Shown: positions 9,242 to 18,700 of the stretch, piece after piece
How positions within the stretch are numbered: position 1 is the first letter of the stretch
Layout: each line of letters opens with the position of its first letter
Assembly: GCA_049599475.1 (NCBI GenBank)
Contig: JBMYOQ010000050.1
Location: forward strand, 1 to 33,711
Source of the DNA: Opitutales bacterium
GTDB lineage: Bacteria; Verrucomicrobiota; Verrucomicrobiia; Opitutales; JABSRG01
DNA length: 33,711 nt
Direction of reading: 5' to 3'
Position numbers and translations under genes: made by a program
Notes under the pieces: model-generated
The model's input: the letters and a program-made list of their open reading frames with translations, nothing else
Told to the model about the DNA's origin: nothing
Databases searched by the model: none

Positions 9242-9268
9242 ATGTCGGCGACTGGATGGGCTATCTTA
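9242..9268 (-). promoter_or_regulatory. sigma28-like promoter motif upstream of Hpt
   Basis: TAAG-N15-GCCGACAT versus consensus TAAA-N15-GCCGATAA/T. Confidence 0.4.
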
Positions 9269-9641
9269 AATATTTTTTGATATCGGCCATCAAGGTGATA
9301 GGGCTGAAGGGCTTTGTGAAGACCTCCTGCACACCGATATCCAGCATCTTGTTGCGGATGCTTTCTCGGCCTTGACCGGTGACGACGATGATCGGGATTT
9401 TCGAGAGCTCGTCGTCCTCCTGAAAGGCTTTTGCAACCTGATCACCTGTCATGCCTGGTAAAATATAATCAACCAGCAATAAATCAGGGTTCTCCCTACG
9501 TGCTTTGTCGACCACAGTGTCTCCCTCCCGGCAAACGGAGACGGTGTATCCCTCCCTCATGAGGGTGAATTCCAAGAGTTTCACCATCACGGGATCGTCT
9601 TCCGCGACTAGGATGTGATGTCCTTTTGAAGGTTGCTCCAT
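9261..9641 (-). CDS. Single-domain response regulator (CheY-like)
   Basis: ILVAEDD, LLLVD..LPGMTG phosphoacceptor, IPIIVVT, KPFS; overlaps upstream gene end by 34 nt. Confidence 0.92.
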   Translation of the reverse strand: MEQPSKGHHILVAEDDPVMVKLLEFTLMREGYTVSVCREGDTVVDKARRENPDLLLVDYILPGMTGDQVAKAFQEDDELSKIPIIVVTGQGRESIRNKMLDIGVQEVFTKPFSPITLMADIKKYLR

Positions 9642-11347
9642 ATGATACAAGTTTGGTCGTCTGAGATCGGCGCATTTCCGCTTCCCTCGCTAATGACCTG
9701 AGTCAGGTGATCTATGAATTGATCCGACGGCAAGCCTCTATTGCTGTCGCAAAATTCCAAAAATGCCTCCCAGCCCCAGACGCCCTGTGGCGTTTCCCAT
9801 TCGAAAATACCGTCGGACACCATAATCACACGATCGATGGCATCCATGGCAAAAGATTCGATTGTATAATTGCACTCTTTGAAGAGTCCCATCGGGGGAG
9901 CGGAGGGTGCAATTTCGCTTAGGGGTTCGGTTTTATTCGGGACTAAGATGGTGTTACAGTGGCCTGCATTTACAAAATCGATCTTCTCCTGCTCACTATC
10001 GATTTTGGCGATTGCAAAGGTAGCAAACAGAGTCATGTCGCCGACAAGTCCACAAAGAATGTTATTTAAAGAAGGGACTAATTCTTCGAGCGGGATGGGG
10101 CGTTCGAGAAGAATGCGCAGAGCCGTGCGGATCATCACCGCAAGGAACGCCGCAGACACGCCTTTTCCCATCACGTCTACCGTGACTAAGTAAAGGCAGC
10201 CGTCGCTTCCGACGAGGGCTTCTGCGTAGTCACCCGACACCTCTCGGGCACTCTTGCGGTGGACGATCAGATTCTCGAGATCGGTTCCTACCGGAACTTG
10301 CGTTGGTAGGAGGGTGTTTTGAATGGTCGATGCGATTTCCAGCTCGCGAAGTGCCTGTTGTTCCCGGGTGCGGACTACGGCGTTATTGGCATTTGCGATA
10401 GCGATGCCGAACAGGTCGGCAAAGGTCCTCAAGGTATTGATTTCAGCCGCATTAAATCCGGTTTCTGAGGGCTTTCGGAGCCAGGCCAAGACTCCGTATA
10501 CTTCGGTCTCCGCACGGACCGGTACGCAAATACCGAATCCGTACTCACGGAGAGGGTCTTCTTCGCTCAGATCGTCTGGGCTTTCCCAAATCGTTTCCAG
10601 GAGGTTTTCGTAGACTTGTTGTATCGCTGGACTTTTGGGGGGTGGGGCCGAGGCCGTGTGCAAAGTGTTGAGATCATCGAGAACCGACTGCTGGAGCGTT
10701 TCCGAGAATCCTATGAAATCGGCCTGGCAGGGCACGACTTGGCGCAGGTCGCGCACCGCGCTCGATATGAAGGCGCCTACGTGATCGGAGCGAATCAAGG
10801 CATCTCCGAGGCGGTAAAATGCAGCCAGACTCTCATAGCAGAGGCTGATTTCAGAGAGGGCTTGCTCTAGAATACCCGATTCGGCCTCGCTTTCGCGCGG
10901 AGCGATGCCGGGGTGGTGCTTAGCCATTACCAGCTTGTAGCCGCGCGGACCGCGCCAGTGCTCGCATTCGTCGCAAAAGTGTTCGATGAGAAAGAGTCCG
11001 CGGCCATGTGTTCTTTCGGGAGAACCATCCTCGCTTATCTCATTCTGCTGTTTTGCAGTGGCGGGTGGGCCATCTCCAGGATCGGTAATAAACACGCGAA
11101 TGACCTCGCGCTCGATATGCCAGCTCACTTGGACTTGTTTCGAGCTATCGTGGTCGCAGCCGTGTTTGATGGCGTTCACTAGAGCCTCTGTGAACACCAG
11201 CATCCACATGTGACTATCTTCATGGGCGACGCCGCAATCGGCCAAAAAATCCTCGAATGCATCGCGAACGGGATCCATCAGCAAAATTTCTGCTGGCAGG
11301 ACAACTTTCTTGCCCGATAATCCAGTCTCAAACATCGATACTGCCAT
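9608..11347 (-). CDS. Fused RsbW-like anti-sigma Ser/Thr kinase + GAF + SpoIIE/RsbU-type PP2C phosphatase
   Basis: EALVNAIKHG, DPGDG, HGRGLFLI; GAF-like ICVPV...YGVL...FN..E..TL; EL.IA..IQ..LLP, SGDY, DVMGKG, NAGH, SDGI, DDQT. Confidence 0.92.
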   Translation of the reverse strand: MAVSMFETGLSGKKVVLPAEILLMDPVRDAFEDFLADCGVAHEDSHMWMLVFTEALVNAIKHGCDHDSSKQVQVSWHIEREVIRVFITDPGDGPPATAKQQNEISEDGSPERTHGRGLFLIEHFCDECEHWRGPRGYKLVMAKHHPGIAPRESEAESGILEQALSEISLCYESLAAFYRLGDALIRSDHVGAFISSAVRDLRQVVPCQADFIGFSETLQQSVLDDLNTLHTASAPPPKSPAIQQVYENLLETIWESPDDLSEEDPLREYGFGICVPVRAETEVYGVLAWLRKPSETGFNAAEINTLRTFADLFGIAIANANNAVVRTREQQALRELEIASTIQNTLLPTQVPVGTDLENLIVHRKSAREVSGDYAEALVGSDGCLYLVTVDVMGKGVSAAFLAVMIRTALRILLERPIPLEELVPSLNNILCGLVGDMTLFATFAIAKIDSEQEKIDFVNAGHCNTILVPNKTEPLSEIAPSAPPMGLFKECNYTIESFAMDAIDRVIMVSDGIFEWETPQGVWGWEAFLEFCDSNRGLPSDQFIDHLTQVISEGSGNAPISDDQTCIIWSNLQKDITS

Positions 11348-11405
11348 TACTTTCCTAAATGTTTAATTCTACGACGTTTATGTCGAATATTAAAACGAGT
11401 CAAAT

Positions 11406-11747
11406 ATGAGCCAAAGCGAAGATTATACATTTCGTCTCACGGATGCGGATGCCACACTCGATATTGGTATCTCAGTGGCGAAATTTGACGCCGCCCGTGT
11501 TCCAGCGTTTCAGACCGAGTTTCAGAACGCCTGGGTCCCGAGCATTAAGAGCATTCGGATCTACATGGATGATGTTCAGTTTATTGATAGCTCGGGAATT
11601 GGAGCATTACTGAGCGTCCAGAAGAAGTTGGCCGATTCGGCGACTCCGATCGCGCTTCACACTGAACAGGCCAATGTTGTGCAGATTTTAGAGCTTCTTC
11701 GTCTACAACGTGTTTTCCACATCGTGACCGACGCTAAGACCGTATAG
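11406..11747 (+). CDS. STAS-domain anti-sigma factor antagonist (RsbV/SpoIIAA-like)
   Basis: 113 aa; V.FIDSSGIGALL with phosphorylatable Ser; V..ILELLRL..VF. Confidence 0.93.
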   Translation: MSQSEDYTFRLTDADATLDIGISVAKFDAARVPAFQTEFQNAWVPSIKSIRIYMDDVQFIDSSGIGALLSVQKKLADSATPIALHTEQANVVQILELLRLQRVFHIVTDAKTV

Positions 11748-11754
11748 TTTATAA

Positions 11755-12570
11755 ATGGAAATAGGAGGCCCCTCCAACGCATATACCGAATTCTACACCG
11801 GTTCTCCCTACGGAGCCGGCGGTTCTCTGGGTGCCCAGTCAAAGGACGACACACGTGCTGTTGAAGCGGGTGGTGAGTCCAAGAATGACTTCGATGGCAA
11901 TCCTTACTACGATGATCCTAAACACAGCGACTCGCCGATGCCGCTATTGGGGTATCGCCGTGATGATCCGCTCGAAATGGGCGTAGGCAGTGATGCTGGT
12001 CGCGGGATATCGGGTTTAGGAGAATCTTTGGGCGATTATGCTGAGGGCGCGATCTCAGATGTCCGAGAATTTGGAAATGTCGCGGCTGAAGATTTTGCTA
12101 TGCCTGGCTCTGACGAAAATTTACAGGCCTTCCGTAGCCGAGATCAGGAGGTCCGTGCGCACGAAATGGCTCACCTGGCAGCCGCAGGCGGCCTGGCTCG
12201 AGGAGGGATGCAACTGAGCTATCAAGTCGGTCCCGACGGCAAGCCCTATGCGGTAGGTGGGTCAGTTCAAATTGATACTTCAGAGGGCGCGACTCCACAG
12301 GAGACCATAATCAAGGCTGCTCAAATTGAAGCTGCTGCAACGGCGCCAGCGAATCCAAGCCCCCAGGATCTGAAGGTGGCAGCACAAGCAAGAAGGATGG
12401 CCGCTGAGGCTCGACAGGAAATCGCTGAAGAGCAAAGAGCAGAGCAGGCCCCTCCCGTAGAGGGTAGTGCGCCCTCAGGCTCTGAATCACGAGCCGAAGT
12501 CGTGACACGTGCATACGGCGTCGCAGTGGCTAAAAGCACAGAAGAGCCGGCTTTTGCAGCTATCGCTTAG
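11755..12570 (+). CDS. SprA-related family protein (putative HExxH metalloprotein)
   Basis: RD.EVRAHE.AH...GG, Y..GPDGK.YAVGG.V.IDTS, AA.APA.PS.QD.KVAA.A; low-complexity acidic N-terminus. Confidence 0.85.
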   Translation: MEIGGPSNAYTEFYTGSPYGAGGSLGAQSKDDTRAVEAGGESKNDFDGNPYYDDPKHSDSPMPLLGYRRDDPLEMGVGSDAGRGISGLGESLGDYAEGAISDVREFGNVAAEDFAMPGSDENLQAFRSRDQEVRAHEMAHLAAAGGLARGGMQLSYQVGPDGKPYAVGGSVQIDTSEGATPQETIIKAAQIEAAATAPANPSPQDLKVAAQARRMAAEARQEIAEEQRAEQAPPVEGSAPSGSESRAEVVTRAYGVAVAKSTEEPAFAAIA

Positions 12571-12689
12571 CGGGCTGAGTAGGTTTGAGCTTTTGGGGAA
12601 CCCTTAGAAGCGAATAGACTTCTAAGCTTTCTGAGTTTACAGGGCGGAGCTTTGCTGTGAGTTTTCCTGTTTTTCCTCACATCTCATTG

Positions 12690-13919
12690 ATGCCTTGGTT
12701 CATCTACATCGCTTTTAAACAACTCTTTCCGACAGGCCGATTCGTGTCGTTTTTCGCCTGTGTTTCTATTGTCGGGATTACCCTCGGGGTGGCTGTTTTG
12801 CTCGTTGTGCAATCAGTGATGAGTGGCTTCGGATACGAGATTCGCAAAGGGATTAATGAGGCCAGCGGTGATATCCGGATCGAGGGGAATCGCATCCTAT
12901 ACCGCTGGGAGGGACTCTTGGAAGATGCCCGCAAGGTGCCTGGGGTGTCGGGTGTTACGCCCTATGCGCATGGAATGGTCATGATGCAATACCGCAATCG
13001 ACCTGCATTCCCTATGGTCAGTGGTTTGGATTTTTATGAAGACCCGAATGTGATCCCGGTCGGAGATTTCTTGAAAGAAGGGGCTCCAGAGGACCTAAAT
13101 GACGACACCGTTTTTCTGAGTATTGGGCTCGCGCAAAGCTTGGGCGTAGGGATGGGAGACACCATTTCTGTCTACACACCCCTGATGCTGGAGCGCATGA
13201 AAAACAACGAAATTCTACTGCCGCGAGATCTAGAGGTCGCCGGGATTTTCGAGTCTGGTTGGGGACAGTTGGATAGTAATACCGTGGTGCTGAACCTGCG
13301 ATTGATGCAGGAATTATACGGATTGAATTATGGCGTGCACGGTTTGGCGGTGAGAATTGAGGACGACGCGTCTTTGAGCGAAGTCCAGGATGCCTTGATC
13401 GCTATCACGCCATTGGGGTTCCGTGCGTCCACCTGGCTACAGACCAATCGCGATTTCCTATTTATCCTCAGTCTTGAGAAAGGGATGATGTTTTTCCTGA
13501 TGCTCTTTATTCTCTTGGTAGCCTGCTTCTCAATTGTTGTTACCTTGATGATGTCGGTTCTGAGAAAGACTCGAGAAATTGGGCTGCTTGTATCGATGGG
13601 AGCAAAGCCGCGTGACATCGCGCTGGGTTACCTGCTGCAAGGCTTCTCAATGGGTTTGGTAGGTACTACTCTCGGGCTCACGATTGGTGTGCTTATAGTG
13701 ACATTTCGAAATCCGATTAAAAACTTTTTGATCTGGGCCACGCAGTCAGATGTGGCATTCGCCCAGTTCTATCAATTTGCCGATCTGCCGGCACACTATG
13801 AGTCTTGGAGTTTCGTGGTGATCGTCTGTGTGTCTCTTACCATGTCGACTCTCGCAGCTTTGTTCCCCGCTATTCGAGCGAGCATGATGAACCCAGCGGA
13901 GGCCTTGCGCTATGAGTAA
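12690..13919 (+). CDS. lolE: Lipoprotein-releasing ABC transporter permease LolC/E
   Basis: SIVGI.LGVAVL.VV.SVM.GF, EK.MM, LVA.FSI, K.REIG.L..MGA, PA.RAS...PAEALRYE; ATG 12690 preferred. Confidence 0.88.
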   Translation: MPWFIYIAFKQLFPTGRFVSFFACVSIVGITLGVAVLLVVQSVMSGFGYEIRKGINEASGDIRIEGNRILYRWEGLLEDARKVPGVSGVTPYAHGMVMMQYRNRPAFPMVSGLDFYEDPNVIPVGDFLKEGAPEDLNDDTVFLSIGLAQSLGVGMGDTISVYTPLMLERMKNNEILLPRDLEVAGIFESGWGQLDSNTVVLNLRLMQELYGLNYGVHGLAVRIEDDASLSEVQDALIAITPLGFRASTWLQTNRDFLFILSLEKGMMFFLMLFILLVACFSIVVTLMMSVLRKTREIGLLVSMGAKPRDIALGYLLQGFSMGLVGTTLGLTIGVLIVTFRNPIKNFLIWATQSDVAFAQFYQFADLPAHYESWSFVVIVCVSLTMSTLAALFPAIRASMMNPAEALRYE

Positions 13920-14616
13920 GTCCACGGATTGCGAATGGGTTCTGGAGGCTGAAGGTGTTGAGAAATCTTTCGTTTCCGGGAAAGAAACATTGAGTGTCTT
14001 GCGTGGTGTCGACCTGCAGGTGAAGGCAGGGCAGTTTGTAAGCATTCGCGGAGCATCAGGGTCTGGCAAATCAACCTTGCTCAATATTCTAGCGGGCTTG
14101 GATAGTGCAGACTCCGGAGACGTTCGCTGGGGCGGTGAATCCATAAATCCACTGAAGCTCGATAAACCCAAATTAGCCGGGCGACGTGGACATTTTTGTG
14201 GCTTTGTATTCCAGGCATATTACTTGGTGCCGGAATTAAATGCTCTGGAGAATGTATTATTAGCGCGACGTATTCTAGGAGGGATTACAAAAGACGATCG
14301 CGAGAAAGCCGAATGGCTGCTGGAGCGTCTGGGTGTTTTGTCGAGGTCGAAAGGATTGAGTAATCAGCTATCCGGGGGAGAGCGTCAGCGTGTAGCCATC
14401 GCGCGAGCCCTGATGAATAATCCCCAGCTGGTGATTGCCGATGAACCTACCGGTAACTTGGACGAGCGGACCAGTGAGGAAGTGATCCGGTTGCTCCTAA
14501 GTATCTGCGAGGAGCTTGATACAGCCTGTTTGCTGGTAACGCACAATGAGGAGTATGCGGCGCGTGCGGATGTGAAGCTCACGCTTACTCTCGGGCAGTT
14601 GGAAGGCCGTCAGTAA
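13912..14616 (+). CDS. lolD: Lipoprotein-releasing ABC transporter ATPase
   Basis: GASGSGKST, GFVFQ, LSGGERQRVAIARA, ADEPTGNLD, VTH; overlaps lolC/E end. Confidence 0.88.
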   Translation: MSKSTDCEWVLEAEGVEKSFVSGKETLSVLRGVDLQVKAGQFVSIRGASGSGKSTLLNILAGLDSADSGDVRWGGESINPLKLDKPKLAGRRGHFCGFVFQAYYLVPELNALENVLLARRILGGITKDDREKAEWLLERLGVLSRSKGLSNQLSGGERQRVAIARALMNNPQLVIADEPTGNLDERTSEEVIRLLLSICEELDTACLLVTHNEEYAARADVKLTLTLGQLEGRQ

Positions 14617-14630
14617 AATTTTTAAAAGAC

Positions 14631-15794
14631 ATGTCTCAGCGAAACATTACTTTAAAAGAACCCTCTGAGCCGGTAGATTTGCTTATTATTGCTGGAGAAC
14701 ACTCGGGTGACGAGCATGCGGCCCGACTTCTCAAAAAGATTTCGGAAAATGAGCCAGATCTTAAAGTCTACGCAGTGGGAGGGCGTCACCTGGTAGCTGC
14801 TGGTGCTGTGCAGATATTCGATCTGACCCTTCATTCAGTCATCGGGATTGTCGAAGTGCTTAAAAATTACGGCTTCTTTATGGAGTTGTTCAAAAAACTT
14901 CTTGTATGGATCGAACGGGTACAGCCTAAAAACATACTGTTTGTCGATTATCCTGGCTTTAACCTGAGGTTGGCGGAGCAGCTGTATAAGAGGAAACTGA
15001 GCCGCAAGGGCGGGGGAGATATCGGGGTATTCTACTACATCAGCCCTCAAGTCTGGGCGTGGAAGGCCAAGCGCCGCTTTAAGATAGCGAAGTGGGTGGA
15101 TTCGCTGGGGACGCTGTTTCCCTTCGAAATCGAAAGCTACTCAGATACAAACCTTGATGTGTCCTTTGTGGGGCATCCCTTTATCGATGAGGAATTCAAA
15201 TCTCCGGTTGTCTTTGATCCTGAGGGCCCCGTTTTACTGCTTCCAGGAAGTCGGCTGGGGCCTGTATGCCGAATTTTTCCGGTATTGATGGAAGCGTTTG
15301 AGACATTCGCGAAGAAGCATCCAGATGCGCGCGCTGCGGTGATATATCCGAGTGTTGAGGTAAAGGAGCTCCTAGAGGCGATGTTGGCGGATTACGCGAG
15401 TGTGCGTGATCGAGTCGTCTTGGAGCCGAATGATAAGCAGGTGAGTGGTCGCGCCGTATTGATGAGCTCGGGTACGATCTCGCTTATCTGTGCCTTAGCT
15501 GGCTTACCGGGAGCGATCGTGTATAAGCTGAATACCTTCTCCTATCTCTTTGGGAAGGTTGTCGTGAAGGTACCTTTTATCGGTATTGAAAATATCCTGC
15601 TAAAGCGGGCAATCCACCCTGAGTTTATTCAGAAGGTAGATGTAGAGGCACTGGCTCAAGAATTGATCGATAGCGTTAGTAATGCGCATCGCATACAAGC
15701 AGCTTCATCTGCCGCCGAAGAATTGAAGAAAATCCTGAGTCCTAAGAGCGATCAATCGGTTTACGAATGGCTCAGCACAAGACTTGTACGCTGA
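14631..15794 (+). CDS. lpxB: Lipid-A-disaccharide synthase
   Basis: AGEHSGD, VDYPGFN.RL, YYISPQVWAW, FPFE, FVGHP, LLPGSR, SGT. Confidence 0.95.
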   Translation: MSQRNITLKEPSEPVDLLIIAGEHSGDEHAARLLKKISENEPDLKVYAVGGRHLVAAGAVQIFDLTLHSVIGIVEVLKNYGFFMELFKKLLVWIERVQPKNILFVDYPGFNLRLAEQLYKRKLSRKGGGDIGVFYYISPQVWAWKAKRRFKIAKWVDSLGTLFPFEIESYSDTNLDVSFVGHPFIDEEFKSPVVFDPEGPVLLLPGSRLGPVCRIFPVLMEAFETFAKKHPDARAAVIYPSVEVKELLEAMLADYASVRDRVVLEPNDKQVSGRAVLMSSGTISLICALAGLPGAIVYKLNTFSYLFGKVVVKVPFIGIENILLKRAIHPEFIQKVDVEALAQELIDSVSNAHRIQAASSAAEELKKILSPKSDQSVYEWLSTRLVR

Positions 15795-18700
15795 TATTCG
15801 GCAAGTGGACTAACTGGATGCTTCGACGCCAGACCGTAAGGCTCTCACGACATCTTCCTTCCTGAAGAATTCCGTCGAAACCGACTTTTGAAATCATGTC
15901 GTGGGCGTCTTTTGACGTGTCAGCGGTGAAGGCTATTATTTTGGGTCGCTTCTCGAGTTCCCCAGCGCGGTCGTGTATTGCGCGGATCACTTCATAGCCT
16001 GAGAGTTCGGGCATATGGAGATCGAGTAAAACGGAGGAATATTGCTTAGAGAACACTTTATCGAGACCGTCTTGGCCTGTTAATACGTATTCAGATCGAT
16101 GTCCGAGCTTTTTTAAAACTGCCTGGAGCACCCGGCAATTCACCTCATTGTCGTCGATAATTAATAGATCCTGCTCCGTGTTTGAGACCGCTAGGTCAGG
16201 CTCTCGGGTTTCTGTTGAGACGGGGGTAGCGTTGTTTTGTAGCTCAACTATCTGGACCGGAATTTCGAAGGTAAATATAGAGCCCTTACCAAGCTCACTT
16301 TCGACAGATAAGTTACCTCCAAATAATTCCACGATGTTCTTTGAAATACTGAGCCCAAGTCCGGTGCCTCCAAACTTTCGTGTAATCGCGGAATTCGCCT
16401 GTTCAAAGGGAGCGAAGAGGCGAGCCAATTCATTGGAGTCGATACCGATGCCCGTGTCTTGGACACTGAATACAAGTTTTGAATAATTCTGCCTGACTCC
16501 TAATACGACACTGCCTCCACTCTCGGTGAATTTTATAGCGTTGCTGAGCAGGTTGAGGATTACCTGCTTGATTAGGTTCATATCCAGGAAAAAGTGGCTA
16601 TTGATTAACTCAAATCGAGTCTCGAGGGAAACCGCTTTTTCCTTAGCATTTTGAGAGAGGATCTGAGCAGTGTTGGAAACTTCCTTCTTTAGATCTATCG
16701 TCGTGTTGTGAATTTCCGCCTTTCCTGCTTCCAATCTCGAGAAGTCCAAAATTCCGTTTATCAAATTCAAAAGGCTTTCTCCTGATTGAGAAATTGTATC
16801 GACGATATCAATTAGGGACTCCGGTAATTCATCTGATATTTTTAGAATCTCAGCATTGCCAATGACTCCGGTCATCGGCGTCCGGATCTCATGGCTCATA
16901 GTGGAAAGGAATTGAGACTTTTCTCGCGAAGCGACTTCTGCTGCCTCTTTCGCATCGATGAGATCAAGCTCCATAAGCTTTCGCTTATTGATATTCATTG
17001 TGGTGCCAGACATTTCGAGGGGCTCGCCGTCTTTCGATCTTCGGTTGACGCGGCCGACCTCGTATACCCATTCCCATTCTCCGGTATTTGCCCGAGCGTA
17101 CCGGTGCTCACAGGCCCATCGGTCCGTTTTGCCATCGAGGCAATCCTGGAGAGTACTCTTGACCATTTGCAGATCATCAGGATGCACGCGGTCGAACCAA
17201 AACTTAGCGTTCGTTTCTACATCTCGGCATTCATATCCTAGAATACATTCACCTTCAGCGTGCACGACCAATTCATCGTTGCGCACGTCCCACTCCCACC
17301 AAGCCATACCAGCTGCTTCCATCGCACGGGATAGGCGGCTTCGCATACGGGAGATATCGGATACATCAGTGAACGTGAGGACCACTCCAGTAGTATTATC
17401 CTCAATATCGCGGAATGGAGTGAATCTTCTCAGATAGATGATGCCTTCAGGCGAAAGGGCTTCGCGCTCCTTACGCACACCTGTTTCCAAGACTTCCTGC
17501 ACGTCGCGAAGCATTTCCTCATGGTTTTCCAGAGTATAGGCAATATGGCTTAAGGGGCGGCCGATATCTTGAGGAAGTAGGTTGAACGCGAATCCGATCG
17601 CTGGATTGAACTTTTTGATACGGAGGTGCGAATCTACGTAAAGGATCGCGTCCTCAGTATTCACTAGGAGGTTCTCGTGGTCGCTGTTGAGCTCTATCAG
17701 TTGTTGGTTCTTTTGCTCCAGTTCTGAATTTACGCTGTAGAGCTCCTCGTTCATGGAATGAAGCTCTTCGTTCGTACTTTGTAATTCTTCGTTGGATACT
17801 TGGACCTCTTCGTTGATGGCCTGGAGCTCTTCGTTGCTCGTTTGTAGCTCCTCGACTGTTGCCTGGAGGTTCTCCTTGGTCGAGCGCAGCTCATCTTCAA
17901 GCATGATAATGCGATTCTCACTCTCATTATCTATTTTGAAAGGGACGGTTTCCTCGTCTGTGTTTGAAGGAAACACTTCAACATTGCGCGGCTCAAAAGT
18001 GATGAGAATGAGACCGATGTCGCCCTCAATTTCATCGGTAAACGGCTCAATCCTTACATCGACCACTTCATCACCGTGCCGCGTGGTGCATTGCACGCCT
18101 TCAGACCTTACGGGTTTTGCGTGCTTAATGACGCGCTGAATTCCCGTGGAAACAGCCAGTTTTAGGTCACCGGTTAGCATCGAAAGAATATCGCTTTCGG
18201 CTCTTCCCTGATGCGGAATACAGTAATTTCCAGAGTTACCCAAGTAATGGCGGACCTCGCGCTCGTGATTGATCAAAACACCATCAGGCGCATATTTTTG
18301 CAAAATATAATCGTAAGAAGCAACTAGACTACGATCGAGAGTGAGCTTGCTCGAACGCTCATATCCAGTCGCTTTTGTGGGGGATGAGCGAAGCGGGCGC
18401 GATAGGATCTCTCTGTTTTGCTCCGGGATCGAGATGTCCCGGACCTTTTTGAATAGCTTCGATTTGGGAGATACCACATCAAAATACTTCTCCAGCTCGC
18501 CCAGGCTCTCACTCGCGCCTAAGAACAGATGACCATGAGGCTTCAAGGCATACAGAAAGGACCTTAATACTGAAGTCTGAGCATCTGGTTTGAGGTAGAT
18601 CAAAAGGTTGCGACAGGTGACTAAATCCATGCGCGTAAATGGAGGGTCGACGATCAAATTATGTTGAGCGAAGACCACGCGCTGGCGCATGTCGGGCTTG

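Noticed and set aside
12603..12626. CTTAGAAG/CTTCTAAG hairpin after the SprA-related gene
   Set aside because: AT-rich stem with short U-tract; too weak to call a terminator
17690..17900. 21-nt periodicity (NEELQ heptads)
   Set aside because: Normal coiled coil of CheB/CheR fusion proteins, not a CRISPR or DNA repeat
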